Shown: positions 19,833 through 29,842, numbered from the stretch's first letter. The stretch: DNA of 51,956 bases from Lachnospiraceae bacterium (GCA_963648895.1 CAVJGK010000002.1:1-51956), one strand, 5' to 3'. The notes: a model not told the origin generated them from the sequence alone. Numbers and translations are program-made.

Positions 19833-20918
19833 TTAATCCTTATTCTCTTTATCATTGCTTTCTTTATTATCAGTGTTAATATTTGGTGTTTCCCCTACAC
19901 CTTCATTATATGAATTTTGGTTATAACTTGTAAAGTTTTCTTTTGTTTCGTCACTTTTTTCTTCTTTTAATCCATCATCAAAAACGATGGTGATATCATC
20001 ACTAGGATTATCATTTTTCATTTCTGCATATGAATTGCAAACAACTAATGTACCTGCAATCATATCGTGAACTGTTTGACGTTTTGGTGAGAAAATCATT
20101 ACACCAATTTGAATTAAAATAGAAATTCCAAATGTGAATATACCGAAAACTACGCATAATAAAGCAAAGAAGACAAATCTAATAAATAATTTAAATTTAG
20201 ATGCATTCGCGCCTGTTTTTGCATCAACAATACGCATTTGTAATACTTTCTTACCAACCGTTGTTCCATCTTTAAAAATCATTGGGAATAATAAGAATGT
20301 AATTAATGTTGCAGGTATTGCACTTATAATATAAATAAGTCTAATATATGAATTTAATTTTGTGGATAATTGATTGATTTTTGTATCTTTTGATAAGAAA
20401 TCTTCTGCAGCAGAAGTTAAACATGTTTTAAAATAAGAAGTAATATTTGCTTCAATTGATCCATCACTATCAGTCGCATGAGTATAAGTATCATTTGCTG
20501 CATCATAAATAAAATATGGTGTTTCTAATCCATTGCCATCACCATCGACATAGATATCAGATTTAACTCTATATAATTCTAAGAAAGACTCAGATGTATA
20601 TTTTGTTTTTAATTCATCAGAATCAGTTAAATTATTTGAAGAAATATGTTCATAGAAATATTTTAAATTATTTTCATAATCACTAGCTTGATATGATAAA
20701 GTTCCATTTTCTGTATAATAAGTAAATAACTTAGTATCTGTTAATCTAGTATTATAATCATTTAATAATGTAGGATAATCAGTTGTAGCATTAATAATTG
20801 GAGTCATTACAAAAGAAACTGTTATAAAAAACAAAGAAATAAAAATTATAAAATCAAGAATCATTGAACACAATCTTCTAAAGATGCTTACTCTTTTTAG
20901 ATTTACACTTTGTTTCAT
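19833..20918 (-). CDS. RDD-family membrane protein with a large extracytoplasmic loop (361 aa from the ATG at 20918)
   Basis: ORF track ORF 19833-20933. The ATG at 20918 is preceded by GGAGGA at good spacing. RDD blocks FRRLCSMILDFIIF and RQTVHDMIAGTLVV. Confidence 0.7.
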   Translation of the reverse strand: MKQSVNLKRVSIFRRLCSMILDFIIFISLFFITVSFVMTPIINATTDYPTLLNDYNTRLTDTKLFTYYTENGTLSYQASDYENNLKYFYEHISSNNLTDSDELKTKYTSESFLELYRVKSDIYVDGDGNGLETPYFIYDAANDTYTHATDSDGSIEANITSYFKTCLTSAAEDFLSKDTKINQLSTKLNSYIRLIYIISAIPATLITFLLFPMIFKDGTTVGKKVLQMRIVDAKTGANASKFKLFIRFVFFALLCVVFGIFTFGISILIQIGVMIFSPKRQTVHDMIAGTLVVCNSYAEMKNDNPSDDITIVFDDGLKEEKSDETKENFTSYNQNSYNEGVGETPNINTDNKESNDKENKD

Positions 20919-20947
20919 GTTCTTTTCCTCCATAGTTAAGTGATATT

Positions 20948-20976
20948 ATTATCTCATAGAGATAAACATATTGCAA
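20948..20976 (-). promoter_or_regulatory. candidate promoter of the RDD gene pair (TTGCAA-17-GATAAT)
   Basis: minus strand TTGCAA (20976-20971), 17-nt spacer, GATAAT (20953-20948). Confidence 0.45.
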
Positions 20977-21065
20977 CATCGAAAAAATAAATATTTGGTT
21001 AAAAATTGCATATAAAATATATATTTTAAACTTTAAATGAAATATAAAAATATAAATTAAAGCAC

Positions 21066-21089
21066 AAAAAAACCTGGTTATGAACCAGG
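21066..21089 (-). terminator. rho-independent terminator after tRNA-Lys
   Basis: minus strand CCTGGTT-CAT-AACCAGG followed by TTTTTTT. Confidence 0.75.
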
Positions 21090-21102
21090 CATAATTTCAA
21101 GA

Positions 21103-21178
21103 TGGTGCGCCTCCGGAGACTCGAACTCCGGGCCCACTGATTAAGAGTCAGTTGCTCTACCAACTGAGCTAGAGGCGC
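21103..21178 (-). tRNA. tRNA-Lys (anticodon CTT), CCA encoded
   Basis: hand-folded cloverleaf: acceptor GCGCCTC/GAGGCGC, D arm GCTC/GAGC, anticodon stem ACTGA/TCAGT with loop CTCTTAA, T arm CGGAG-TTCGAGT-CTCCG, discriminator A then CCA; 76 nt. Confidence 0.93.
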
Positions 21179-21189
21179 ATTGCTTATGT

Positions 21190-21218
21190 ATAATATAATA
21201 AATTGATAAATATTTCAA
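21190..21218 (-). promoter_or_regulatory. sigma-A type promoter of tRNA-Lys (TTGAAA-17-TATTAT)
   Basis: minus strand TTGAAA (21218-21213), 17-nt spacer, TATTAT (21195-21190), 11 nt upstream of the mature tRNA 5' end. Confidence 0.55.
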
Positions 21219-21250
21219 GAATTTAATTAAAGATTTTGCATTTTGGAAGC

Positions 21251-21274
21251 AAAAAGCAAGCCATTGGCTTGCTT
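21251..21274 (-). terminator. rho-independent terminator of udk (overlaps its stop codon)
   Basis: minus strand AAGCAAGCC-AAT-GGCTTGCTT followed by TTTTGC. Confidence 0.6.
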
Positions 21275-21899
21275 ATTTGTTTTCCGCTAAAACAGATTTA
21301 ATTTTTTGAATAATAATGTCTGTTGCGACATTATGTTCATAATCGTTAGGAATAATAACATCTGCATATCTCTTTGTTGGTGAAACAAATAAATGATGCA
21401 TTGGTTTAACTGTTGTTAAATATTGATTGATAATATTTTCAAAAGATCTACCTCTTTCGACCATATCTCTTTGGATACGTCTAATAAGTCTTAAATCCAT
21501 ATCGCATTCAACATAGATTTTAATATCGGCTAAATCTCTAATTCTTGCGTCTTCTAAAATTAAAATACCATCAAGAAGAATAACTTTTGCAGGATCAATT
21601 TTCTCTGTCTTTGAACTTCTTGTTTGTTCTACAAAGTCATAGATAGGTTTATCAATAGATTGGCCATTAATAAGCATTTGTAAGTGTTTGACTAATAAAT
21701 CATTTTCTAATGAAGATGGATGATCATAATTGGTCTTTCTTCTTTCTTCACGTGATAAATGAGATTGGTCTTTATAGTAATCATCGTGTTTAATAACTAC
21801 TACATCTTCATCAATGAAAGCGTGTTTGATTTCTTCAATAACTGTGGTTTTTCCGCTGGCAGATCCACCTGCAACTGCGATAATAATAGGTTTACTCAT
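21273..21899 (-). CDS. udk: uridine kinase (208 aa from the ATG at 21899)
   Basis: ORF track ORF 21273-21950. The ATG at 21899 follows a GGGGAG RBS and gives the canonical N-terminus MSKPIIIAVAGGSASGKTT (P-loop); YDHP and RRIQRD blocks. Confidence 0.9.
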   Translation of the reverse strand: MSKPIIIAVAGGSASGKTTVIEEIKHAFIDEDVVVIKHDDYYKDQSHLSREERRKTNYDHPSSLENDLLVKHLQMLINGQSIDKPIYDFVEQTRSSKTEKIDPAKVILLDGILILEDARIRDLADIKIYVECDMDLRLIRRIQRDMVERGRSFENIINQYLTTVKPMHHLFVSPTKRYADVIIPNDYEHNVATDIIIQKIKSVLAENK

Positions 21900-21976
21900 A
21901 AAATAAATCTCCCCGTTAGTTATTATATATGCTATGAATAATAAATACATTAAAAATATTAAGTTTTACATAAAAC

Positions 21977-22001
21977 AAAAAGAAGGGCACAAACCCTTCT
22001 T
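21977..22001 (-). terminator. rho-independent terminator ending the S10-spc-alpha cluster (after rplQ)
   Basis: minus strand AAGAAGGG-TTTGTG-CCCTTCTT followed by TTTTGTTTT. Confidence 0.75.
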
Positions 22002-22016
22002 AAAATGTTAATTAAA

Positions 22017-22421
22017 TTATTTAACAAAAGAGACAATGCACATAGGAGCGTTATCGCCACGTCTATTTGCAATTTTTAAAACTCTTGTATAACCGCCGTT
22101 ACGATCTTTATAAGATGGTGCGATTTCTTCAAATAATTTCTTTAAAGCTGTAACGTGATTTGCTTCATCAGCCCAAACATCACGAATTTTAGCTGCTGCA
22201 AGTCTTCTTGAGTTTAAGCTACCTTCTTTACCGTAAGTAACTAATCTATCAGCATATGCTTTTAAATCACGTGCTGTTGCAGCTGTACAAGTAACACTAC
22301 CTTTGACAATTAAGTCTGTAGCAAGTGTTCTTAACATTGATTCATATTTGCTTTTAGTATAAGCAGCTTTACATCTTACGCCGCCTTTACCATGAACATT
22401 TTTACGTCCTTGAGTTTTCAT
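22017..22421 (-). CDS. rplQ: 50S ribosomal protein L17 (134 aa)
   Basis: ORF track; MLRTLATDLI and RDRNGGYTRVLK blocks; last gene of the alpha operon. Confidence 0.9.
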   Translation of the reverse strand: MKTQGRKNVHGKGGVRCKAAYTKSKYESMLRTLATDLIVKGSVTCTAATARDLKAYADRLVTYGKEGSLNSRRLAAAKIRDVWADEANHVTALKKLFEEIAPSYKDRNGGYTRVLKIANRRGDNAPMCIVSFVK

Positions 22422-22439
22422 GAGTTAACCTCTACCTCC

Positions 22440-23396
22440 CTATTCGTATTCTCTGAAGCCAAGACCAAGTGATTGTAATTTTTCTTTAACTTCTTTGAGT
22501 GATTTTTTACCAAGATTTCTGATTTTCATCATATCTTCTTCTGTCTTTTGTGTTAATTCCATAACTGTAGCAATATTTGCTCTCTTTAAGCAGTTTTGGG
22601 AACGTTGAGATAAGACTAAATCATCAATTGGCATATCTTGATATTGATTCTTTGGTTCTTCTTTTGCTTCAGCAAGTACATCTTCAGAAGTTGCAATTTC
22701 ACTTAAGTTGACGAATAAATCAAAGTGTGAGACTAAGATTTTTGCTGCTAATGCAATAGCGTCATGTGGTAACATAGAACCATTTGTTTGAATATTAATT
22801 GTGAGCTTGTCATAATTGTTGTCATGACCAACTCTTGTTTGTTCTACTTCGTAAGAACATTTAATGATTGGAGAATAATTTGAATCAGTTGGAATAACAC
22901 CGATTGGGAAATCAGCATTTAATTTTTTATTTCCTTCTGATGTAACATAACCTCTGCCATTTCTGACAAAGATTGTCATGCAAAGTTTTCCACCTTCTTG
23001 AACATGAGCTAAGACTAAGTCTTTGTTAATGATTTCAACGCCTGTTGGGCAGTGGATATCTTCTGCAGTAACTTCTTTAGCTTCGTCGACATATAAAGTT
23101 AATTTATATGATTGTTCACTATCATCAGCAATCTTTAAAACTAAGTTCTTAAGAGCTAATACGATAGAAGTAACATCTTCTTCGACGCCTTCTAAAGAGG
23201 AGAATTCGTGACGTGCGCCTTCAACTTCAATTGCATAAACACTTGCACCAGGTAAAGATGAAAGAAGAACTCTTCTTAATGCGTTACCTAATGTTAAACC
23301 GAAGCCTCTTTCTAAAGGTTCGATTACAAAGTGACCTTCAAAATTGTTAGTATTGTAAGTTGCAATTTTAAATTCTGGTTTTTCAAATTTTTTCAT
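22440..23396 (-). CDS. rpoA: DNA-directed RNA polymerase subunit alpha (318 aa)
   Basis: ORF track; PLERGFGLTLGNALRRVLLSSLPG; C-terminal domain LSQRSQNCLKRANI. Confidence 0.95.
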   Translation of the reverse strand: MKKFEKPEFKIATYNTNNFEGHFVIEPLERGFGLTLGNALRRVLLSSLPGASVYAIEVEGARHEFSSLEGVEEDVTSIVLALKNLVLKIADDSEQSYKLTLYVDEAKEVTAEDIHCPTGVEIINKDLVLAHVQEGGKLCMTIFVRNGRGYVTSEGNKKLNADFPIGVIPTDSNYSPIIKCSYEVEQTRVGHDNNYDKLTINIQTNGSMLPHDAIALAAKILVSHFDLFVNLSEIATSEDVLAEAKEEPKNQYQDMPIDDLVLSQRSQNCLKRANIATVMELTQKTEEDMMKIRNLGKKSLKEVKEKLQSLGLGFREYE

Positions 23397-23443
23397 AGCG
23401 TTCCTCCCGATTATTCAAATTTGATTGTTAGTATATTCACGAA

Positions 23444-23839
23444 CTAACCACGTGGACGCTTTGGTGGGCGGCAACCATTATGAGGAATTGGAGTTGTATC
23501 AGTAATGGTTTGAATTTGTAAACCTGCTGCTTGAAGTGATCTTAATGCAGATTCTCTACCTGGGCCTGGACCTTTGACTTCAACGTCAATTGTCTTTAAG
23601 CCTTGGTCTAATGCAACTTTTGCGCAAGCTTCTGCTGCTAATTGTGCTGCAAATGGTGTTGATTTTTTAGCACCTTTGAAACCTAATGCACCAGCGCTTG
23701 ACCATGCTACTGCGTTACCTGCTTCATCAGTAATTGTAACGATTGTGTTGTTGAATGTTGAGTGAATGTGAGCGACACCTTTTGTATAAGCTCTTTTAAT
23801 TTTCTTTTTACGAGCTGTTGGTTTTTTAGTATTTGCCAT
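23444..23839 (-). CDS. rpsK: 30S ribosomal protein S11
   Basis: ORF track; [33 protein letters not shown]-type C-terminus. Confidence 0.95.
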   Translation of the reverse strand: MANTKKPTARKKKIKRAYTKGVAHIHSTFNNTIVTITDEAGNAVAWSSAGALGFKGAKKSTPFAAQLAAEACAKVALDQGLKTIDVEVKGPGPGRESALRSLQAAGLQIQTITDTTPIPHNGCRPPKRPRG

Positions 23840-23854
23840 TTTTATTCCCTCCTA

Positions 23855-24229
23855 TTACTTAGTTGCTACTTTCTTATTAGCAATAGTCTTTCTTGGGCCT
23901 TTACATGTACGAGCGTTGTTCTTTGTAGTTTGGCCACGGCATGGTAAACCACGTCTATGTCTAATACCACGGTAACAACCGATTTCTTGTAATCTCTTAA
24001 TGTTTAAAGCTACTTCTCTACGAAGATCACCTTCTGTTTTGACTTTGCTTAATTCATTTCTAATAGCAGTCATTTGTTCTTCTGTTAAATCTTTAACTCT
24101 AATTGTTGCGTCAACATTAGCATCAGCGCAAGCTTTCTTTGCTGTGTTAATACCAACACCATAAATATAAGTTAATGAATATGCGACTTGTTTGTCGTTT
24201 GGAATATCTACACCTAAAATACGTGCCAT
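23855..24229 (-). CDS. rpsM: 30S ribosomal protein S13
   Basis: ORF track; [25 protein letters not shown]. Confidence 0.95.
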   Translation of the reverse strand: MARILGVDIPNDKQVAYSLTYIYGVGINTAKKACADANVDATIRVKDLTEEQMTAIRNELSKVKTEGDLRREVALNIKRLQEIGCYRGIRHRRGLPCRGQTTKNNARTCKGPRKTIANKKVATK

Positions 24230-24250
24230 ATTTCTAAATTCCTCCTAAAA

Positions 24251-24364
24251 TTAACCTTGTCTTTGCTTGTGCTTTGGGTTGATACAGATGACCATGACAC
24301 GGCCTTTTCTTCTGATAACCTTGCACTTGTCGCAAATTGGTTTTACTGAAGGTCTAACTTTCAT
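24251..24364 (-). CDS. rpmJ: 50S ribosomal protein L36 (37 aa, zinc-ribbon form); absent from the ORF track
   Basis: hand translation of the minus strand gives [37 protein letters not shown]; canonical position between infA and rpsM. Confidence 0.93.
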   Translation of the reverse strand: MKVRPSVKPICDKCKVIRRKGRVMVICINPKHKQRQG

Positions 24365-24408
24365 AAATTTTTCCTCCTAAATAACTAGTTTTATGTTCTA
24401 GCCGATAC

Positions 24409-24627
24409 CTATTTGTATCTAAATGTTATTCTTCCACGTGTTAAATCATATGGTGAAATTTCTACTGTAACTCTATCACCTGGTAAGATGCGAATGTAAT
24501 TCATACGGATTTTACCAGAAACGTGGGCGAGAATTACCACACCATTTTCTAGTCTGACATTAAACATTGCGTTTGGTAATGTTTCGACTACGACAGCTTC
24601 GACTTCTATGACGTCAGTTTTTGCCAT
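24409..24627 (-). CDS. infA: translation initiation factor IF-1
   Basis: ORF track; 72 aa, S1-like fold blocks [13 protein letters not shown] and [16 protein letters not shown]. Confidence 0.95.
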   Translation of the reverse strand: MAKTDVIEVEAVVVETLPNAMFNVRLENGVVILAHVSGKIRMNYIRILPGDRVTVEISPYDLTRGRITFRYK

Positions 24628-24630
24628 TCT

Positions 24631-25392
24631 TTAAATTTCTCCTTCTTCATGCTTTGTAAGGATTTCATATCCATCCTTAGTAATAACGATTGAATTCTCA
24701 TAGTGAGCAGCGAGTTTATGATCAACTGTAACTGCAGTCCAACCATCTTTCAATACGCGAGTTTCCTTGCGTCCTTGTAAGACAATAGGCTCGACAGCGA
24801 TTGTCATACCTTCGCGAAGAACCATACCTGTGTTTGGTAATCCATAATTTGGAATAGTAGGATCTTCATGCATGTCACGACCTAAACCATGACCTGTATA
24901 ATCGTGAGTAACACTGAAACCATTTGCTTCAGCATGAGCTTGAATCGCGTGAGATATATCTCCAACTCTCGCTCCTGGTTTTACAACCTTCATTGCTTCA
25001 AAGAAGCATTCTTTTGTTACTTCAACTAATTTTTGAGCCATTGGAGAAACTTCTCCAACCATATAGGTTCTACATGCGTCAGCCATATAACCTTGGTATT
25101 GAACAACAATATCAAGTGAAATTATATCGCCGGATTTTAATTTTACGGATGATGGAATGCCATGTACGACTACATCATTAATAGATGCGCATATTGCTGC
25201 AGGATAACCATAATAGCCTTTTTCTGCAGGAATAGCCCCGGCATCACGAATCACCTTTTCCGCGACCTCGGAAAGGTGTTTCGTTGTAGTACCAGGAATA
25301 CATAATGGTTCCAAAACATCAAATACTGTAGCTAAGATATCTCCAGCTTTTTTCATAAGTGTGATTTCTCTACTAGATTTGATTGTAACCAT
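24631..25392 (-). CDS. map: type I methionine aminopeptidase
   Basis: ORF track; metal-ligand blocks DIVVQYQGYMADACRTY, HGLGRDMHE, IAVEP; position in the spc operon. Confidence 0.93.
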   Translation of the reverse strand: MVTIKSSREITLMKKAGDILATVFDVLEPLCIPGTTTKHLSEVAEKVIRDAGAIPAEKGYYGYPAAICASINDVVVHGIPSSVKLKSGDIISLDIVVQYQGYMADACRTYMVGEVSPMAQKLVEVTKECFFEAMKVVKPGARVGDISHAIQAHAEANGFSVTHDYTGHGLGRDMHEDPTIPNYGLPNTGMVLREGMTIAVEPIVLQGRKETRVLKDGWTAVTVDHKLAAHYENSIVITKDGYEILTKHEEGEI

Positions 25393-25395
25393 AAA

Positions 25396-26046
25396 TTATT
25401 TTACCTCATCAAGTAATTTGCGAATGTCATTAAAGACTTCATCGATGCTTTTAAGACCATCGACACTTCTATTTAAACCCTTTTTGTCATAAAATTCAAC
25501 TAAAGGTTTTGTTTGATGTTCATAAGCATCTAATCTGACGTTTAAAGACTCGATTGTATCATCTTTTCTTTGGATTAAAGTAGATCCGCAACTATCACAT
25601 GTATTTTCAACCTTTGGAAGTTTGAAAGCTAAGTGATATGAGTTGCCACATTTTGGACATACTCTTCTTCCGGAAATTCTTTTTACAAGTTCATCTTTAT
25701 CAGCTTCAATAGTAATAACTAATTCAACTGGACGAGAGATTTCTTTTGATAAAGTTTCTAAAGCCTCAGCTTGTGGAATAGTTCTTGGGAAGCCATCAAG
25801 TAAATAACCGTTTTTGCAATCATCTCTTGATAATCTTTCTTTAACTAATCCAATTGTAACTTCATCAGGAACAAGTAAGCCCTTGTTCATATATTCTTGA
25901 GCTTCAAGTCCTAATTTAGTTTGATTCTTAATTGCTTCTCTAAACATATCACCTGTGGAAATATGTGGAATATTGCAATAACTAAGAATCTTTTCTGATT
26001 GTGTGCCTTTACCAGCGCCTGGTGGCCCCATTAAAATAATATTCAT
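25396..26046 (-). CDS. adk: adenylate kinase (zinc-lid form)
   Basis: ORF track; GPPGAGKGTQ; lid CPKCGNSYH...CDSCG. Confidence 0.95.
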   Translation of the reverse strand: MNIILMGPPGAGKGTQSEKILSYCNIPHISTGDMFREAIKNQTKLGLEAQEYMNKGLLVPDEVTIGLVKERLSRDDCKNGYLLDGFPRTIPQAEALETLSKEISRPVELVITIEADKDELVKRISGRRVCPKCGNSYHLAFKLPKVENTCDSCGSTLIQRKDDTIESLNVRLDAYEHQTKPLVEFYDKKGLNRSVDGLKSIDEVFNDIRKLLDEVK

Positions 26047-26060
26047 AAGTCCTCCTGTTG

Positions 26061-27413
26061 CTAGTTAGCAACTGCACTTGCGTGCGTATCTGCAGCGATA
26101 AGACCTTCAATTTGTTTGTATGTTTCAAGTGCAACACCAACGATGATGATCATACCGGTTCCTCCCAATGCAAGAGATGAAGGAACTAATTCGCATAGAG
26201 TTAAGATAATTGGAGTAGCAGCGATAATAGTTAACGCTGTTGCACCTAAGAAAGTAACTCTATTCAAAACTTTTTTGACATAGCGGTGAGTTTCATTACC
26301 AGGTCTAACACCTGGGATATAAGAACCAGACTTTTGGAAGTCTTCCGCTAATTGTTCTGGATTAATAGTTAAGTTGGAATAGAAGAAGCTAAATACAAAT
26401 ATTAATATTACATAAATGATTAAGCCCCAAGGCATATACCAAACTTTACCATTGAACCAACGCATTTCAGTTAATGCTGAAGATGTAAAGATCTTTAAGA
26501 CATTAACAATTGTGTCGTTTGATGAATAATCTTCAACAATAAATGAGATAACAACAGCAGGAGCCATCATGATTGACGAAGCAAAGATGACAGGAATAAC
26601 TCCAGCTGAATTAATCTTAATTGGTAAGAAAGATGTATTGTTTACCTTAGCATTTAATGCTCCACCTGTTCCAGAATGTTGAACAGGAATCTTTCTTATC
26701 GATTTTTCAATGAATGTAACAAAGATAACGATTGCGACTAATGTAATTAAGTATAAACCTAATTTTAATGCACCAGTAACAACTCTAGATCTTTCAGTTA
26801 CTAATTCACTGGTAAAGAAATAAGAAATTGCTGAGTAGATTTGAGTTGGAAGGCTAGCGACGATACCTGCAAAGATAATCATAGAAACACCGTTTCCGAC
26901 ACCTTTTTCAGTAATTTGGTCAGCCATCCACATGACTAGCATTGAACCAGCCATTAGATAAAGAATAATTTTTGCATAAACCCAGAAAGTCAATGTTTCT
27001 GTGAAAGTAATTGCATCTGAGTTATGCATTGTTACGATAATTCCGTAAGCTTGGACTGCTCCAAGAACGAGAGTTAAGTAACGAGTTGCCATTTCGATTT
27101 TCTTTCTACCTGATTGACCTTGCTTTGAAAGCTCGGTTAAAGCAGGGAGAACATCCTTAGATAATAATTCAATAATGATACTTGCTGTAATATAAGGAGA
27201 GACGCCAAGAGCGAAAACTGAGAAGTTTTGTAAAGCGCCACCGCCTAATAAGTTCATTAAGCTAAGAACATCAGTATCACCGATGCTTTGGCTTAATGTA
27301 ACTCCAGGAACTGTAATATTTGAACCAATTCTGAATACTAAGAAGATCATTAATGTGAAGAGAATTCTCTCTCTAACATCTTTGTTTTTAAAGATGGCAA
27401 CGAACTTCTTCAT
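26061..27413 (-). CDS. secY: preprotein translocase subunit SecY
   Basis: ORF track; 450 aa, 10-TM profile, canonical position after rplO. Confidence 0.95.
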   Translation of the reverse strand: MKKFVAIFKNKDVRERILFTLMIFLVFRIGSNITVPGVTLSQSIGDTDVLSLMNLLGGGALQNFSVFALGVSPYITASIIIELLSKDVLPALTELSKQGQSGRKKIEMATRYLTLVLGAVQAYGIIVTMHNSDAITFTETLTFWVYAKIILYLMAGSMLVMWMADQITEKGVGNGVSMIIFAGIVASLPTQIYSAISYFFTSELVTERSRVVTGALKLGLYLITLVAIVIFVTFIEKSIRKIPVQHSGTGGALNAKVNNTSFLPIKINSAGVIPVIFASSIMMAPAVVISFIVEDYSSNDTIVNVLKIFTSSALTEMRWFNGKVWYMPWGLIIYVILIFVFSFFYSNLTINPEQLAEDFQKSGSYIPGVRPGNETHRYVKKVLNRVTFLGATALTIIAATPIILTLCELVPSSLALGGTGMIIIVGVALETYKQIEGLIAADTHASAVAN

Positions 27414-27414
27414 A

Positions 27415-27858
27415 CTAGAAAACCTCTACAGATCCACCAGCGTTTTCGATTGCAGTTTTAGCGGAACCAGATACTTTGTTAACTTTAACCTTTAAGTTTT
27501 TAGCTGTTAATTCACCTTCGCCTAATACTTTTACTAAGCATGCATTTGATGGAACTAATCCCTTTTCGATTAATAATTCAACAGTAACGTTTGTACCGTC
27601 TTCAAACTTGTTTAAATCACGAATATTGACAATTGAATATTCGATTCTTGAGTGATTTGTAAATCCTCTTTTTGGTAATCTTCTGTAAATTGGGTTTTGA
27701 CCACCTTCGAAGCCTGGACGTACTCCGCCGCCACTTCTTGATTTTTGACCCTTGTTACCAGATCCACCGTTTTTGCCAGAACCTGAACCTAAGCCACGGC
27801 AAATTCTCTTTCTTGAAGATCTTGAACCTTCGTTATATTTTAATTCGTTAAGATTCAT
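27415..27858 (-). CDS. rplO: 50S ribosomal protein L15
   Basis: ORF track; Gly-rich [31 protein letters not shown]. Confidence 0.95.
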   Translation of the reverse strand: MNLNELKYNEGSRSSRKRICRGLGSGSGKNGGSGNKGQKSRSGGGVRPGFEGGQNPIYRRLPKRGFTNHSRIEYSIVNIRDLNKFEDGTNVTVELLIEKGLVPSNACLVKVLGEGELTAKNLKVKVNKVSGSAKTAIENAGGSVEVF

Positions 27859-27867
27859 ATTGCCTCC

Positions 27868-28482
27868 TTATTTACGAAGTGCAGCGATTTGTGCACTTGT
27901 ATGTACTTTGCTTAAGCCATCGACTGTTGCTCTGATACAGTTAATTGAAGTTCTTGAACCATAAACTTTTGAGTAAATGTTCTTGATACCTGCTAATTCT
28001 AAGATAGCTCTAACTGGACCACCAGCGATAATTCCAGTACCTTCTGGTGCAGGTTTTAAATAAACTTTTGTTGCACCAAATTCGCCTGTGATTTCGTGTG
28101 AAATTGTATTGTTTTTAACAATTGAAACACGATACATATTTTTCTTTGCTGCTTCTAATGCTTTCTTGATTGCATCTGGTACTTCAGCAGCTTTACCTGT
28201 TCCATAACCGAATCTGCCTTTACCGTCACCGATAACAACTAAAGCAGCAAAACGCATACGTCTACCACCTTTTACAGTTTTGGAAATTCTGTTGATAGAA
28301 ACAACTCTTTCTTCATATTGTTTTTCGAAAGATCTGTTGTCTTTACCATCTTTTTTGAATGGCTTTTTGCCATCTTTTCTAGGACCTCTTTGAGGTCTGT
28401 CACCTCTAGGAGCTCTAGATGGTCTTGCTTCAGTTTTTGCTTCAGCTTTTTCAGTAACTACTGTTTCTAATTCTTCTGCCAT
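27868..28482 (-). CDS. rpsE: 30S ribosomal protein S5 with a charged N-terminal extension (204 aa)
   Basis: ORF track; S5 core [28 protein letters not shown]; only 9 nt separate its stop from the rplO start, so there is no room for rpmD. Confidence 0.95.
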   Translation of the reverse strand: MAEELETVVTEKAEAKTEARPSRAPRGDRPQRGPRKDGKKPFKKDGKDNRSFEKQYEERVVSINRISKTVKGGRRMRFAALVVIGDGKGRFGYGTGKAAEVPDAIKKALEAAKKNMYRVSIVKNNTISHEITGEFGATKVYLKPAPEGTGIIAGGPVRAILELAGIKNIYSKVYGSRTSINCIRATVDGLSKVHTSAQIAALRK

Positions 28483-28491
28483 AACTTCCTC

Positions 28492-28848
28492 CTAGAATTT
28501 TAAGCCAGCTTCTCTAGCTGCTTCTGCGACTGCTTGGACACGTCCATGATAGACATAACCAGAACGATCGAAGACGATTGTTGAAATGCCTTTAGCTAAT
28601 GCTAATTTAGCAATTTCAGTACCGACTTTTGTAGCTGCTTCGATATTGCCACCATTTTCAATTTTTAAACTTTCAGTTGAGCATGCAACTAAAGTTACGC
28701 CATTGACATCGTCAATGATTTGTGCAGACATGTTCTTGTTTGAACGAAATACGCTCAATCTTGGGCATTCTGGTGTACCGCTGATTTTTGCACGTACACG
28801 AGCATGACGTCTAACACGGCTAATATTTTTTGATTCCTTGTTAATCAT
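28492..28848 (-). CDS. rplR: 50S ribosomal protein L18
   Basis: ORF track; [27 protein letters not shown]. Confidence 0.95.
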   Translation of the reverse strand: MINKESKNISRVRRHARVRAKISGTPECPRLSVFRSNKNMSAQIIDDVNGVTLVACSTESLKIENGGNIEAATKVGTEIAKLALAKGISTIVFDRSGYVYHGRVQAVAEAAREAGLKF

Positions 28849-28870
28849 ATCCTAAATCCTTCCTTGAGCA

Positions 28871-29413
28871 CTATTTCTTACCAGCACGTTTACCTTCCTT
28901 ACGGATGATAAATTCGCCAGCATACTTAATACCTTTACCTTTGTATGGTTCTGGTTCACGGACAGCTCTAATTCTTGCTGCTGTTTGTCCGACTTTTTGA
29001 GCATCAATACCTGAAACTGTGATGTTTGTTGCATCTGGTGCTGTAATTGTAACACCTTCTTCAGGAGTGATGACTACTTCGTGAGAATAGCCCATATTTA
29101 ATACTAAATTTGAGCCTCTCATTTGGCATCTATAACCGATACCAACGATTTCTAATTTTTTTGTGAATCCTTCACTTACACCAACGACCATTGAGTTAAT
29201 TAAAGCTCTTGTTGTTCCGTGTAAAGCACGATTTTGGATTTCATCGTTTGGACGTGTACAAACAATTTCATTATTTTCTAATGTAATTGTAATTGATGGA
29301 GCGAAGTCTTTTGCTAAAGTACCTTTTGGTCCTTTAACTTCAACGTGGCTACCATTGATTGTAGCTGTAACACCTGCAGGAAGGATTACTGGTTTCTTAC
29401 CAATTCTTGACAT
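28871..29413 (-). CDS. rplF: 50S ribosomal protein L6
   Basis: ORF track; MSRIGKKPV, EPYKGKGIKY. Confidence 0.95.
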   Translation of the reverse strand: MSRIGKKPVILPAGVTATINGSHVEVKGPKGTLAKDFAPSITITLENNEIVCTRPNDEIQNRALHGTTRALINSMVVGVSEGFTKKLEIVGIGYRCQMRGSNLVLNMGYSHEVVITPEEGVTITAPDATNITVSGIDAQKVGQTAARIRAVREPEPYKGKGIKYAGEFIIRKEGKRAGKK

Positions 29414-29431
29414 ATTCTATCTATCCTCCTA

Positions 29432-29824
29432 CTACCAAACGTAAGCGACTACTTCGCCACCGATGCCTAATTTTCTAGCTTTCTTGTCAGTCATAACACC
29501 TTGTGATGTTGAGATGATTGCAATACCTAAGCCATTTAAGACACGTGGAAGGTTGTCTGCTGAGACGTTAACTCTTAAACCTGGTTTTGAGATTTTCTTT
29601 AAACCAGAAATAACTTTAACACCGTTTTCTGAATATTTTAAAGTAATTGTTAATTCTTTAATTTTGTCTCCAGAAACTGCGAATTCATTAATGAATCCTT
29701 CTTCTTTTAAGATTTCAGCAATGTGTAACTTCATAGTTGAGAAAGGCATAGAAACTTTTTCTCTTTTTAAAGCGTTAGCATTACGAATTCTTGTAAGCAT
29801 ATCTGCTATTGGATCTGTCATCAT
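29432..29824 (-). CDS. rpsH: 30S ribosomal protein S8
   Basis: ORF track; [13 protein letters not shown]. Confidence 0.95.
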   Translation of the reverse strand: MMTDPIADMLTRIRNANALKREKVSMPFSTMKLHIAEILKEEGFINEFAVSGDKIKELTITLKYSENGVKVISGLKKISKPGLRVNVSADNLPRVLNGLGIAIISTSQGVMTDKKARKLGIGGEVVAYVW

Positions 29825-29842
29825 ATAACCTTTTCCTCCTTA

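Noticed and set aside
20361-20369. A perfect DnaA-box 9-mer (tgtggataa, reverse complement TTATCCACA)
   Set aside because: It is a single isolated copy inside the coding sequence of an RDD membrane protein, with no cluster, no AT-rich unwinding element and no dnaA/dnaN nearby. One chance occurrence is plausible in 52 kb of AT-rich DNA.
20934-21272. The tRNA-Lys neighbourhood as an integration site for a mobile element
   Set aside because: There is no integrase, no direct repeat of the tRNA 3' end and no foreign-looking genes on either side. The tRNA has its own promoter and terminator and is flanked by udk and RDD genes.
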